A stretch of DNA of 64,000 bases from Myxococcota bacterium (GCA_963674735.2 CAXXQS010000001.1:1856001-1920000), one strand, 5' to 3'; shown: positions 46,791 to 56,522, numbered from the stretch's first letter. Made by a program: numbers and translations. Notes: generated by a model from the letters alone, not told the origin.

Positions 46791-48560
46791 TTACAGTTTG
46801 ACGAACTCGCCTTCGAGCTTATCGGCGGTATCCGTCTTCACATCGAAGCGAAAACGCTCGGTAAGCTTCCAGTTTCCGTCCGCTTCACTCACTTCAGCCA
46901 AGCTCACCAATCTCCGTTTGCTGTTGGCGAAACGTTTGACCACCGCCACGAGATCCACATTCGCTCCGATCAACTCCTTGGCCAAGCGATGCGCATCATC
47001 ACCGGCGTATGCCAGAGCCATGCGCTCGAAGCGTTTCAGGCCATCTTCCGCGCTCGATCCGAAGACGGAGAAGATCGAGCCCGCCATTCCACCATTGAGA
47101 GCGAACAGAAGTTCCATCGCGGCATCCTCACGAACATCCAGGGCCACGATGCGGTCGACGTTCAGGCGCGGCAGATGCTGCAGCAATTCTGCCGTACCGA
47201 TCTCCAGGTCGGCATCCAAAAACTCACCGGCGCCGCCTTCAAGCGTCAGTTGATCTTCGTGCGGCAAAGCCAGACCACGCCCGGCATTCAGCAGCGCCAA
47301 ACGAGCGCGCAGCGGAATTTCCGACGCGATCGCGGTCAACAGATCCAGGCGATCGCCGTCGTTCAAGCCGACGATGGCAACGGTTTTGTTCGACACCATC
47401 GCCTCGCGCAGAGCATCGGCGATATCCTGGTCGATCGATTCCTCGACAAGCAGACTATCTACGCTAGCTCCGGCACTCACGGGCTTGGTAATGCGCAAGG
47501 CGGTTCCTTTAACCGAGAACGGGTACAACACACCCGAAACACCAAAGCCATCCGGTGTCTGGATATCGAAAATGCCATGTTCTTCTTCGACATGGATGCC
47601 CGCCGAATGCAGGATCCGCGAGAGAATATAGAACAACGACTCTTCACAAGAGAAGCTTTCCCCTGCTACTTCTTTCACACCATTGCGGAACAGCACGATG
47701 CTGTCGGGCCCGTTGATGAAAATCTCCTCGACATCTTCTTCAAAAAGATATTGCTCGATCGGACCGAAGCCGAGCAGTTCCTCAATAATGGTTTCTCTCA
47801 AAATATCTTTCTTCTCGTCGGAAGTCTGCTCATCGAGTGTTTCTGCAATCAGGCCTTCCAACTTCTCTTTGACGGCATCGACAAGTTCCTGATTATCGAG
47901 ACGATAGGTCAGGAAAAGATCTTCATCGCCAAACTCATCCAAATCGAGTGCATCGCGGAAGATCTGATAGCGGGCTTCGGCAAAAAGGTCGAGATCCGTC
48001 ACTTCGGCTTGTTGCTCGATGGTCTGCCGGGCGGGTTCGTCCTCATCTTCGATCGGATCCGGAATCAATTCCATCGGTTCTCCCGGCAGCGGCGGCATGG
48101 AAGCCGCTTCGTCCATGGGCTCGGGAGTGGCTTCGGCGGCCTCAGCAGGCTGCTCATCCTCCTGCGGCGTCACATCCGACGAGGACGGCAGAGGGGGCGG
48201 AACGGGTTTGGCTTCGGTCGCAGCATCGACGGCCGGTTGGCTTGCATCCTTGGGTTTCGCCTGATCGTCGGCAAGCAGGAAGGTAAGCGAGAAATCGCCG
48301 ACATAAATTTTGTCACCGCTCTTCAAGGACTTGGGGGCACTCACGCGCTTGCCGTTGACAAACGTGCCATTCGTCGATTTGCGGTCGATCACAAAGTGCC
48401 GTCCCTCGCGAAAGACGATACGCGAATGCTGCTTGGATACATTGCTGACTTTGAGCGGAATATCGGAACTGGAGAGCCGCCCCACGGTTACTTCAGGCTT
48501 GTCGAAGTCCAGATATTTGGGCTCCACACCTTCCGATTGCAGAATAATGGTAAACATCAA
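46791..48560 (-). CDS. FHA domain + degenerate CpaF/TadA-like ATPase fold
   Basis: FHA motifs VTVGR, NVSKQH, STNGTFVNG; CpaF N-domain ELLGFGPIE..DVEEIFINGP; Walker A/B and His-box residues substituted. Confidence 0.82.
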   Translation of the reverse strand: MMFTIILQSEGVEPKYLDFDKPEVTVGRLSSSDIPLKVSNVSKQHSRIVFREGRHFVIDRKSTNGTFVNGKRVSAPKSLKSGDKIYVGDFSLTFLLADDQAKPKDASQPAVDAATEAKPVPPPLPSSSDVTPQEDEQPAEAAEATPEPMDEAASMPPLPGEPMELIPDPIEDEDEPARQTIEQQAEVTDLDLFAEARYQIFRDALDLDEFGDEDLFLTYRLDNQELVDAVKEKLEGLIAETLDEQTSDEKKDILRETIIEELLGFGPIEQYLFEEDVEEIFINGPDSIVLFRNGVKEVAGESFSCEESLFYILSRILHSAGIHVEEEHGIFDIQTPDGFGVSGVLYPFSVKGTALRITKPVSAGASVDSLLVEESIDQDIADALREAMVSNKTVAIVGLNDGDRLDLLTAIASEIPLRARLALLNAGRGLALPHEDQLTLEGGAGEFLDADLEIGTAELLQHLPRLNVDRIVALDVREDAAMELLFALNGGMAGSIFSVFGSSAEDGLKRFERMALAYAGDDAHRLAKELIGANVDLVAVVKRFANSKRRLVSLAEVSEADGNWKLTERFRFDVKTDTADKLEGEFVKL

Positions 48561-48684
48561 TCTCTCCTTGCCTGAATCGCCTTAGCCTAAGATAAGGTTA
48601 ACCCCCTGATTTCACGTAGAATCGGCTTATTTTTTAACGAATTTTTTCAAAGCCGTCAAGTTCTTTTCCTTTAAAGGTCCAGAA

Positions 48685-48969
48685 TCAAGGCATGGAAGAG
48701 AGGTATGACTGCGCCCAATCGGCGACCTGCCCAACGGTCTGGCGTAACTCATCTCCGAACTGATGCACGGTCACCCAAGCCATAACGACGGCGACAAAAA
48801 CACCGAAAGCCTTCTTCACCCGAACGCCTGACGACAGGCTGACGGACTCGCGCTTGATCCGCACAACAGGCTCGGCCCCCTTCGTCTTTCTTGCCTTGGT
48901 CGGCTTCCTCTCACTCATGCGACTGTCCGCCTCTAACCCACCGATGGGGTTCAACGAGTCATTGGCCAT
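48685..48969 (-). CDS. Small hypothetical membrane protein
   Basis: From MANDSLNP: basic N-terminal half and one hydrophobic helix (AFGVFVAVVMAWVTV); fills an otherwise empty gap. Confidence 0.5.
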   Translation of the reverse strand: MANDSLNPIGGLEADSRMSERKPTKARKTKGAEPVVRIKRESVSLSSGVRVKKAFGVFVAVVMAWVTVHQFGDELRQTVGQVADWAQSYLSSMP

Positions 48970-49147
48970 GGAATCGCCATGGATTTTACCATAATGCGTG
49001 AACACATCGCAACTGAATCCACCTTGCGCCAAACAAGCCGAGACCCGATATTCTCTATTTAGTGGGAACAAACCCCCGAATTCCCTTGCACGCCCATGGT
49101 TTTCATTATAAAAGTTCCTGATTATCAACCTTTGGCGAAAGCGGATT

Positions 49148-49891
49148 ATGCTTGTACTGATCACCAATGATGACGGATACCTTGCCCCCGGTATTCAAAG
49201 CCTGATCGCAGCCATGGAACCCGACCACGAAGTCTGGATGGTCGCTCCCGACCGTGAACAAAGTGGGTCTTCGCATAAACTGACGCTTTCGCAGCCCCTT
49301 CGAATCGTGAAACTGGACGAACGTCGCTACAGCGTCGATGGAACGCCGACCGACACGGTTTACATGGCGGTTCACCATCTCATGCCGCGTCGGCCCGACC
49401 TCGTGCTGTCCGGCATCAATCGCGGTCCGAACCTGGGCGACGACGTCACCTACTCCGGTACGGTAGCGGCCGCAATGGAGGGCACCGTCCTCGGTATTCC
49501 TTCCATCGCTCTGTCTTTGGCCGGTTTTTCCAACCTGGATTACACCGCCAGTTGCCAGGCAGCACTCCAAGTGGTGGATTGGGTCGTTCGAGATGGGCTG
49601 CCTGCCGGAACCCTGCTGAATGTCAACATTCCGGTGGAGGCGAAGTCCGACGACCTCAAGCTGCGTATAACCAAACTGGGTAAACGAAACTACGGCCAGT
49701 ATGTCATCGAGCGCAAAGATCCGCGAGGACGCTCCTATTTCTGGATCGGCGGCGACGCGCAGGGGTCCGTCCCCATGAACGGCAGCGATATCGACGCCGT
49801 AGCGGCGGGCTTCGTCACCGTGACACCGCTTTCGATCGATCTGACCGACACGGCCACCCTATCCAAGCTGAAACACTGGGAAACACTCTGA
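49148..49891 (+). CDS. surE: 5'/3'-nucleotidase SurE
   Basis: LITNDDG, VAPDREQSG, GTPTD, SGINRGPNLG, YSGTVAAA, LNVNIP. Confidence 0.96.
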   Translation: MLVLITNDDGYLAPGIQSLIAAMEPDHEVWMVAPDREQSGSSHKLTLSQPLRIVKLDERRYSVDGTPTDTVYMAVHHLMPRRPDLVLSGINRGPNLGDDVTYSGTVAAAMEGTVLGIPSIALSLAGFSNLDYTASCQAALQVVDWVVRDGLPAGTLLNVNIPVEAKSDDLKLRITKLGKRNYGQYVIERKDPRGRSYFWIGGDAQGSVPMNGSDIDAVAAGFVTVTPLSIDLTDTATLSKLKHWETL

Positions 49892-49925
49892 TTCCAAGCG
49901 GATCTCGTTAAATGAAAGGACTTCG

Positions 49926-50534
49926 ATGGGACTGTACAAAAAAGTGATGGGTTGGGTTCGCGCCTTGTACGACTGGGTTTTGCATTGGGCCGATACCAAG
50001 TATGGAACGCCCGCCCTGATCACCCTATCCTTCGCCGAATCGTCCTTCTTCCCGATTCCGCCCGATCCGCTCCTGATGGCCTTGGCTCTCGGAAACCGAA
50101 GCAAAGCCTTGCGTTTCGCTTTTTATTGCACAAGCGCCTCCGTAGTCGGTGGAATTCTCGGCTATTACATCGGTTTCGGCCTTTTCGAAACCGTGGGCCG
50201 CTCCATCATCGAATTTTATAATGCTTGGGAAATCTACGAACGGTTATCCGGGATCTTCAGGGAAAACAGCTTCATCGCCGTGATGATCGCCGCCATCACC
50301 CCAATCCCTTACAAAGTCTTCACCATCACCGCCGGTGTCGCGCAATCCGACCTGCTGACTTTCCTTGCCGCATCGGTGCTGGGACGTGGCTTACGCTTCG
50401 GCCTGGAAGGAGTACTGATCTATCGTTTCGGCGATCCGATTAAGAACTGGATCGATAAATATTTCGAATTACTGGCGATTCTATTCGCTATCCTCTTGAT
50501 CCTGGGCTTTGTTGTGATAAAATATATGATCTAG
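49926..50534 (+). CDS. YqaA/DedA (VTT) family membrane protein
   Basis: SFAESSFFPIPPD, ASVVGG, TPIPYKVFTITAG, GRGLRF. Confidence 0.88.
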   Translation: MGLYKKVMGWVRALYDWVLHWADTKYGTPALITLSFAESSFFPIPPDPLLMALALGNRSKALRFAFYCTSASVVGGILGYYIGFGLFETVGRSIIEFYNAWEIYERLSGIFRENSFIAVMIAAITPIPYKVFTITAGVAQSDLLTFLAASVLGRGLRFGLEGVLIYRFGDPIKNWIDKYFELLAILFAILLILGFVVIKYMI

Positions 50535-50556
50535 GAATCGAGATGAAAGCGAAACG

Positions 50557-51261
50557 TTGCCCACTCTACGCACCGGACTTCGGATCACCCTTGTTTTTTT
50601 AATCGGCTGTTTTCTGGCTTCCGGTTGCCATACCGCTTTTGGTATTTATCACACGGTTAAAAAAGGGGAGACGCTTTATCAGATTTCGAGAACCTACGAC
50701 GTATCGGTCAAAACGCTCAAAGAAGTCAACTATCTACGCAACGAAAACGAGATCAAACCCGGAAACCAGATTTTCATTCCAGGGGCCGACCGCCCCAAGT
50801 CGACGGAAAAAGTTCGGAAAGCTGCCTCTCTGGAACGGCGTCCTCCCGGTCGAAAAACTCCCACCGGCCGCAGTTCCACGACCCAACGCAAAGTCACACT
50901 GCGCTGGCCCGTTGATGGCGTTTTAACGTCGGGATTCGGCCCCCGAAAAGGACGCATGCATAGTGGCATCGATATCGCCGCTCCCATCGGCACCCCCATC
51001 GTCGCCGCCGCCGCCGGCGAAGTGATCTACAGCGACAACAAGCAGCGTGGTTATGGAAACATGATCATCATTCGGCACAGCGAAAATCTTGTAACCATCT
51101 ACGCACACAATAAAATCAATCTCGTTCAAGAACACGATACCGTTCGCCGGGGTGAAGTCATCGCGCGCGTGGGACGCACCGGGCGCGCAACCGGTCCGCA
51201 CGTCCATTTCGAAGTCCGTAAAAACCGCAAAGCGGTCGACCCGTTGCTGTATCTTCCATAG
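50557..51261 (+). CDS. nlpD: LysM-M23 lipoprotein (NlpD-like)
   Basis: LASGC lipobox, LysM HTVKKGETL, M23 motifs HSGIDI, YAH, TGPHVHFEV; downstream of surE. Confidence 0.8.
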   Translation: MPTLRTGLRITLVFLIGCFLASGCHTAFGIYHTVKKGETLYQISRTYDVSVKTLKEVNYLRNENEIKPGNQIFIPGADRPKSTEKVRKAASLERRPPGRKTPTGRSSTTQRKVTLRWPVDGVLTSGFGPRKGRMHSGIDIAAPIGTPIVAAAAGEVIYSDNKQRGYGNMIIIRHSENLVTIYAHNKINLVQEHDTVRRGEVIARVGRTGRATGPHVHFEVRKNRKAVDPLLYLP

Positions 51262-51354
51262 AAGATTTGCGCTAACTTGTTTTTTTCTCTTGACAAATCG
51301 TTCTCTCCAGGGTATTGGCATGCGCTATGTGAGTGCTCGATATGGGTGATCTAA

Positions 51355-51432
51355 GCCCCCATAGCTCAGCTGGATAGAGCACAGGATTCCTAATCCTGGT
51401 TTGCGCAGGTTCGAGTCCTGCTGGGGGCACCA
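51355..51432 (+). tRNA. tRNA-Arg (anticodon CCT)
   Basis: Acceptor stem GCCCCCA/TGGGGGC + ACCA, D-arm GCTC/GAGC, anticodon arm CAGGA-TTCCTAA-TCCTG, T-arm GCAGG-TTCGAGT-CCTGC. Confidence 0.95.
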
Positions 51433-51515
51433 TTCACTTTGAGCCAATATTGTTGTGTAACGAGACGACTGAGACCGAAACCAAGGATTTCGTTTCTCGG
51501 ATACAAACAAAAAAG

Positions 51516-51544
51516 TTGACAACATTCAAGTAATTACATAGAAT
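51516..51544 (+). promoter_or_regulatory. ihfB promoter with an overlapping IHF-site-like sequence
   Basis: TTGACA-17 bp-TAGAAT; the spacer contains ATTCAAGTAATTA (one mismatch to WATCAANNNNTTR). Confidence 0.6.
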
Positions 51545-51582
51545 CCGGACATTCCTTCAGTTATCTTATGAGGAGGCGGTCG

Positions 51583-51867
51583 ATGAATAAGTCGGAGCTG
51601 ATCGAACAGCTTGCCGGTAAAGCGAATATCACGAAGAAAAAGTCCGAGCTGGTGGTCAATCTGATATTCAATTCGATGGCAGACGCTCTCGCCGAGGGCG
51701 AACGAATCGAAATTCGCGGTTTTGGTAGCCTGGTTAACAAGCACTACGGTGCCTATTCCGGCCGTAACCCCCGCACTGGCGAAGTCATCCAGGTTCCCGA
51801 GAAACGCCTCCCCTTCTTCAAAGTGGGAAAAGAGCTGCGTGAACGGGTCGATGGTGAAGACGACTAA
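51583..51867 (+). CDS. ihfB: Integration host factor beta subunit
   Basis: MNKSELI, GERIEIRGFGS, GRNPRTGE, PFFKVGKELRERV; AGGAGG SD. Confidence 0.9.
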   Translation: MNKSELIEQLAGKANITKKKSELVVNLIFNSMADALAEGERIEIRGFGSLVNKHYGAYSGRNPRTGEVIQVPEKRLPFFKVGKELRERVDGEDD

Positions 51868-51939
51868 GTCAGCCCATAGTCTGTTACTCCCGTAAACGAT
51901 TCACGGGTTAAACTGCGGCCTTACCAAGGACTCTATCAG

Positions 51940-52605
51940 ATGGCGAAGTTCTATCTTTGCTTTTTGTTTTTTCTGTCCTTTCTGTTCTCATCCTGTAGTC
52001 ATACACCGATGAACACCGAGGAAGCGCGGGCCTATCTGCTGGATGCGCAACAGCACATCGAGCGGATCCGTGAAAACAATCGCCATCGTTATGCGCGCGA
52101 ACTGGAGAAGTCCGAACGCATGCTGACCGCACGGCAGACCCAGGCTCCACTCGCTGATCTCAACGCCCTGAAAAAACAAGCCACGATTTACGGTCGCGTG
52201 ATTGTCGCGGCTATGCTGCGGTATCAAGTCGATCTGGAACTCCTGGCCTATAGCGAAAGTGTCCAGAACGATGTCCGGGAAGCATTGAAAATACTTCGTA
52301 ATGCTTCACTGCCGCGCCCGGAGAATTTATCCGCCTACCTGACCGAGACGGAGCTGGCCGAGTTTGAAACCGAAACAGCAGATATGCGGTCCCGCAGCCG
52401 ACAGCGCCTTGAATTCTGGACAAAAGAGCGCACGAAATGGCAAAAGGCTTGGGATTCCGGTAGCACGGACTACGTTCCGCCACCGCACCAACCCGACGTG
52501 TTTCGTTTCAACTACGACGACGGCCGCAAGCTAAGACAACGCTTACGGATGAAAACATCACCTGCCTCGCCTTCACAAAAAAATCCGCCACCCGCAACAA
52601 ACTGA
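51940..52605 (+). CDS. Hypothetical helical lipoprotein
   Basis: LFSSC lipobox-like signal, AAGGA SD, helical/coiled-coil body. Confidence 0.65.
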   Translation: MAKFYLCFLFFLSFLFSSCSHTPMNTEEARAYLLDAQQHIERIRENNRHRYARELEKSERMLTARQTQAPLADLNALKKQATIYGRVIVAAMLRYQVDLELLAYSESVQNDVREALKILRNASLPRPENLSAYLTETELAEFETETADMRSRSRQRLEFWTKERTKWQKAWDSGSTDYVPPPHQPDVFRFNYDDGRKLRQRLRMKTSPASPSQKNPPPATN

Positions 52606-52644
52606 ACCCTCCTTCTTCTTTCCGAAATTTCCGTCCGGACCGCT

Positions 52645-52825
52645 AGGGCGATTCAATTCTAAGCTTTTCACCGTTTTCCACCCACTATAATTTGGTTTAC
52701 GGGGTGCCATGGGCCAAGCCTTTGGCTTGCCCATGCTGTTTTCACGGGCAAACCTGACGGTTTAGCCCGTGCCACCCATCACCAATCGAAGATTATTCGA
52801 GACTCAATCAGAATTGAAATACCCC
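52645..52825. mobile_element. 181-bp MITE-like repeat, copy 2 (inverted relative to copy 1)
   Basis: Reverse complement of 46513-46693 with about 10 substitutions by manual alignment, 4 of them in the TIRs. Confidence 0.85.
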
Positions 52826-52843
52826 ACCGCGACGCCAAGTACC

Positions 52844-52872
52844 TTGACTTCCTTCCCGCTTTTACCTACACT
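52844..52872 (+). promoter_or_regulatory. Putative miaB promoter
   Basis: TTGACT-17 bp-TACACT. Confidence 0.55.
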
Positions 52873-52895
52873 CGCCCCTCTTCAGGAGGTGCCCC

Positions 52896-54239
52896 TTGCC
52901 CAAACGCAAACTACATATCATCACCCATGGCTGTCAAATGAACCAGTACGACTCGCGCCGCATGCGAGAGCGATTGGCCGATGGCTGGACCGATGCCGCA
53001 ACGGCGGAAGATGCCGACTGCATCATCATCAATACCTGCTCGGTGCGTGAAAAACCGCAGAAAAAAGTATTATCCGAATTGTCCCGCCTCAAACCCCTCA
53101 AAAAGGATCGACCGGACCTGATCCTGGCGGTGGCGGGCTGCGTCGCGCAACAGGAAAGAGAGCATCTGCTCGATCTTGTGCCCTACTTGGATCTGGTGGT
53201 CGGCCCCGATCGCCTGTCCGAACTCCCGGAATTGATTGCGCGCGTCCAGTCGGGAAAACGTATCGTCCGCACCGGCTTCGAACCGGATGGGTTTACGCTG
53301 GACACCCTGGCTCCCCATCCGAGTCTGGGTCAAAACGGCCAGGTCAGCGCCTTCGTCGCCGTACAAAAAGGATGCGACCACTTCTGCACGTATTGCATCG
53401 TTCCCCACGTGCGCGGCCGCGAGAAAAGCCGTCCCCTCAACGAAGTAACCGAAGAAATTCGCTCCTACGCCGCCGTCGGTATCAAAGAAATCACGCTGCT
53501 TGGGCAAAACATCAACAGTTACGGAAACGACTTTCCCCAAGGCCCTGATTTCGTGGATCTTCTGGCGGCATCCGCCGAAATCGACGGCATCGAGCGCCTG
53601 CGCTTCGTCACCTCTCATCCCGCCGCAATGACCGACCGCCACATTGACGCCATGGCGGATATCCCCAAGATCTGCCCTTACCTGCATCTGCCGATTCAGG
53701 CTGGATCGGATCGTATTCTGAGCGCCATGAAACGTGGATATACTTGCGCGGAATATTTAAACATAATCCGCCGTCTAAAGGAAAGAACGCCGAATCTGGC
53801 GCTGTCGGGAGACATCATCGTTGGTTTCCCGGGAGAAACGGAAGCGGATTTTCAGGAAACGCTTAGAGTCCTAGAAACGGTCCGGTACGATTCGTTGTTT
53901 TCTTTCGTTTATTCGGTCCGTCCCGGTACGAAAGCGGCTAATTTGCCGGATGACGTTTCACGAGAAGCAAAACTTGAGAGACTTGCGAGGCTTCAGACAT
54001 TGCAAAAAGAGATCACACGCGAGGCCAATCTACACATGGTCGGAAGCATCCAGGAGGTTCTGTTGGAACAGGTCAGCAAAAGAAGCCCTTTGGATTTGAG
54101 TGGACGCACTCCCTGCAACAAAGTCGTCAACGTCAAAGCGGATAAAAGGCTGCTTGGATCAACCGTGCCGGTTGAAATCTCTGCCGCCTACCAAAATTCC
54201 CTGCGTGGCACCATCATCGAGAAACAACTTGGGAGATAG
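52896..54239 (+). CDS. miaB: tRNA methylthiotransferase MiaB
   Basis: GCQMN, NTCSVREK, GCVAQ, GCDHFCTYCIVP, LLGQNINSY, RFVTSHP, DIIVGFPGET, C-terminal TRAM domain; TTG start with AGGAGG SD. Confidence 0.95.
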   Translation: MPKRKLHIITHGCQMNQYDSRRMRERLADGWTDAATAEDADCIIINTCSVREKPQKKVLSELSRLKPLKKDRPDLILAVAGCVAQQEREHLLDLVPYLDLVVGPDRLSELPELIARVQSGKRIVRTGFEPDGFTLDTLAPHPSLGQNGQVSAFVAVQKGCDHFCTYCIVPHVRGREKSRPLNEVTEEIRSYAAVGIKEITLLGQNINSYGNDFPQGPDFVDLLAASAEIDGIERLRFVTSHPAAMTDRHIDAMADIPKICPYLHLPIQAGSDRILSAMKRGYTCAEYLNIIRRLKERTPNLALSGDIIVGFPGETEADFQETLRVLETVRYDSLFSFVYSVRPGTKAANLPDDVSREAKLERLARLQTLQKEITREANLHMVGSIQEVLLEQVSKRSPLDLSGRTPCNKVVNVKADKRLLGSTVPVEISAAYQNSLRGTIIEKQLGR

Positions 54240-54241
54240 TC

Positions 54242-54745
54242 ATGGCGGCTGGAAAAGAAATGCGATTGGTATCGTTGGATTTGGAATTGACCCGCCAGAT
54301 GCCGACTGCGGTCTTATGCGGCGTGGAAAGCGGACAAACCTTGCCGCTTTGGATCGAATACGACACCGTCGATTTTCTCATGGATGCCATGCAAGACAGC
54401 AATTCCGGTGAAGAAGGCGTTATCAAAACCTTGCTGGCAGCGATTGCCGCCCTTGAAGGTCAAATCGATCACATCGAATTGACCGGGGATGAAGCGGAAA
54501 ATTATTCGGCTCATGTCATTTTATCGCATAACAACGAACAGTTAAAAACCGTGTCGGCCCCCATCGGCCTGGCGCTGGCCTTGGCAATACGCACGAAACG
54601 ACCGATTTTCGCGGATGAAACCATTCTGCCCGAAATCTGCACCCTCGACACTCATGCCCAATCCGGCGGGAAAACAATCGACGATCGTGCTTCGGAAGGC
54701 TTCTCGCCTCTGATTGGATTATCGGACGACAAATACAAAATGTAA
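54242..54745 (+). CDS. DUF151/bifunctional-nuclease-like protein (degenerate)
   Basis: LPLWI, ALALAIR..PIF..E pattern and C-terminal KYKM; directly after miaB; lacks the usual RPxTHDL and D.RPSD motifs. Confidence 0.65.
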   Translation: MAAGKEMRLVSLDLELTRQMPTAVLCGVESGQTLPLWIEYDTVDFLMDAMQDSNSGEEGVIKTLLAAIAALEGQIDHIELTGDEAENYSAHVILSHNNEQLKTVSAPIGLALALAIRTKRPIFADETILPEICTLDTHAQSGGKTIDDRASEGFSPLIGLSDDKYKM

Positions 54746-54912
54746 TCCCCGGGAATTCTCCATTCTGCTTGCAAACCGGTGGCGTTCCATCCCTAATATG
54801 ATATAATTCGAATCGTTATCTCCAGCCCTTTTCATTAACCAGGGTTGTTCTTCCTGACCTGGAGCGAAGGATATTCCTCCGCTCAGATAGCCATTACGGC
54901 CTGGGAGGCATT

Positions 54913-56514
54913 ATGCAGGCGATCATCCATGCATTCGGAACCGAGAATCAAAAACGACAGAAAGCACTGGCGATTCAGCTGTTTTCATCGGCCATGCTTA
55001 CAATCTTCGTGATATTTGGAGCCATAGCTTGCTCCAGTGACGATGACGACGGTCTTACCGACTCCGATGCACCCACCGACGGCGATCAATCGCCCATCGT
55101 GACAGACCATGAATTTCCAACAACTGACGGCGACACGACCCCGGATGGCGATAGCGAGGAGGGAGACTTGGACGTATCGGAAACGGAATCCGATGTGGAT
55201 CAGGATCTGGAATTTGCGGATGGCGATCTCGACGGCGAGCAGTCGGAAACGTTCGAGTACGAGAATGAATACAGCGATTTCGCCCCCGACGGCGATTTCG
55301 AGTGGGAGATTCCGGGAGGCGACGAAGACCCGACCGATATCGGCGAACAAGCCGCCGATGAGCTGGTACTGCCTTTCGATAACCGCGAAGTCATGGAGTT
55401 GACCCCTTTTTGCGCCTGGACTTACCAGGTCGAAAATGCAGCAGAATCACGTGCGGGGCAAGTCGCCACCGCCGTTTGCCTAAGCGACCCGCTCGGTAGC
55501 GATGAATTGTACCGCCACGACGGCGAGAACGCCTTGGCCAATCCGCCGCTACGCAGTTCCTTCGCACTTGCCAATGAAAACATGGGCTGGGCCGTTTATC
55601 GTCCTTTCAACGCCGATGGTCGAATCGACCATGACAGCCAAGTCGTATTTCGACGAGAGGAAAAGCTGAATACCGGTAAAATCGAGGTCGCTTACTTCAG
55701 CGCCGATATCCCGGCAATCGACAATTGCCGCTTTGTGCAGACCGCCGCTCTGCCCGTTCAGTCGGACGAAAAGGACGACCAGGTCGATTTTCTGGCGGCC
55801 TATGTATGGGAATATGACGACGAGAACGCCTACCTCGTCACCCGCCCCTACCGGGCCATAACCGGGCCCGAAAACGACGCCTCCATCACCGCTCTCGCGG
55901 ACCCGACCTATATCACCCTGAATTATGGGTTTCGACAAGCATCGCAAGTACGCATTGTCAATCACGCCAACCAGGTGTGGTTGAATGCCGGGGACTCCCT
56001 GCACGCACTCAGCTCCAGCGGCGAATATTTGAACAGTCACCGTCTCAACCTGATCCTCGACGACGATTCACGTTTCGATCTCATCGATTTCGCCATTTCT
56101 TCAGACGGCGTCTACATCAGCACGCTGACGCAAGTCGAGTTTACCAATGGCTCTCTCGAAACGGTATGGACTCTCCAACCTGCCGCCACCCCGCATCAGG
56201 TAACCAAGCTTTGGCGTTTCGGATATGAATACAATGCCTACCGCACCGCTTTCAGCGCCGACAGCCGCTATGCCATGGTGGCCAACGGCGACCCGAATAC
56301 GTACGACGACCTGTATGTTATCGACCTCGACCGCAGCCCGTTAAGCGTTCAGGCCACCAACCAGCCCGTTTGGGGACGTCCGCTTTCCTTTGACGACCCC
56401 TCACGACTCTTGCTGGCCTTTCCGATTTCAAGCGATCTGTTCCGCTCCGTGGATCTTCGAATCGATTCCGTTGCATTCAGTACGTTGCTCGACCGGTCCT
56501 TCAACCTGGAATAG
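54913..56514 (+). CDS. Hypothetical lipoprotein with DGD-rich acidic stalk and beta-rich (propeller-like) body
   Basis: AIAC lipobox, ~110-aa acidic linker with repeated DGD, GGGAGG SD. Confidence 0.75.
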   Translation: MQAIIHAFGTENQKRQKALAIQLFSSAMLTIFVIFGAIACSSDDDDGLTDSDAPTDGDQSPIVTDHEFPTTDGDTTPDGDSEEGDLDVSETESDVDQDLEFADGDLDGEQSETFEYENEYSDFAPDGDFEWEIPGGDEDPTDIGEQAADELVLPFDNREVMELTPFCAWTYQVENAAESRAGQVATAVCLSDPLGSDELYRHDGENALANPPLRSSFALANENMGWAVYRPFNADGRIDHDSQVVFRREEKLNTGKIEVAYFSADIPAIDNCRFVQTAALPVQSDEKDDQVDFLAAYVWEYDDENAYLVTRPYRAITGPENDASITALADPTYITLNYGFRQASQVRIVNHANQVWLNAGDSLHALSSSGEYLNSHRLNLILDDDSRFDLIDFAISSDGVYISTLTQVEFTNGSLETVWTLQPAATPHQVTKLWRFGYEYNAYRTAFSADSRYAMVANGDPNTYDDLYVIDLDRSPLSVQATNQPVWGRPLSFDDPSRLLLAFPISSDLFRSVDLRIDSVAFSTLLDRSFNLE

Positions 56515-56522
56515 CAAAACCC

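Noticed and set aside
46788-48575. 595-aa antisense ORF covering the whole FHA-ATPase-like gene
   Set aside because: Codon-aligned shadow of the minus-strand gene; no motifs or SD; explained by codon bias.
51355-51520. tRNA-Arg as an integration site
   Set aside because: No integrase and no duplicated tRNA 3' end in the window; flanking genes are housekeeping.
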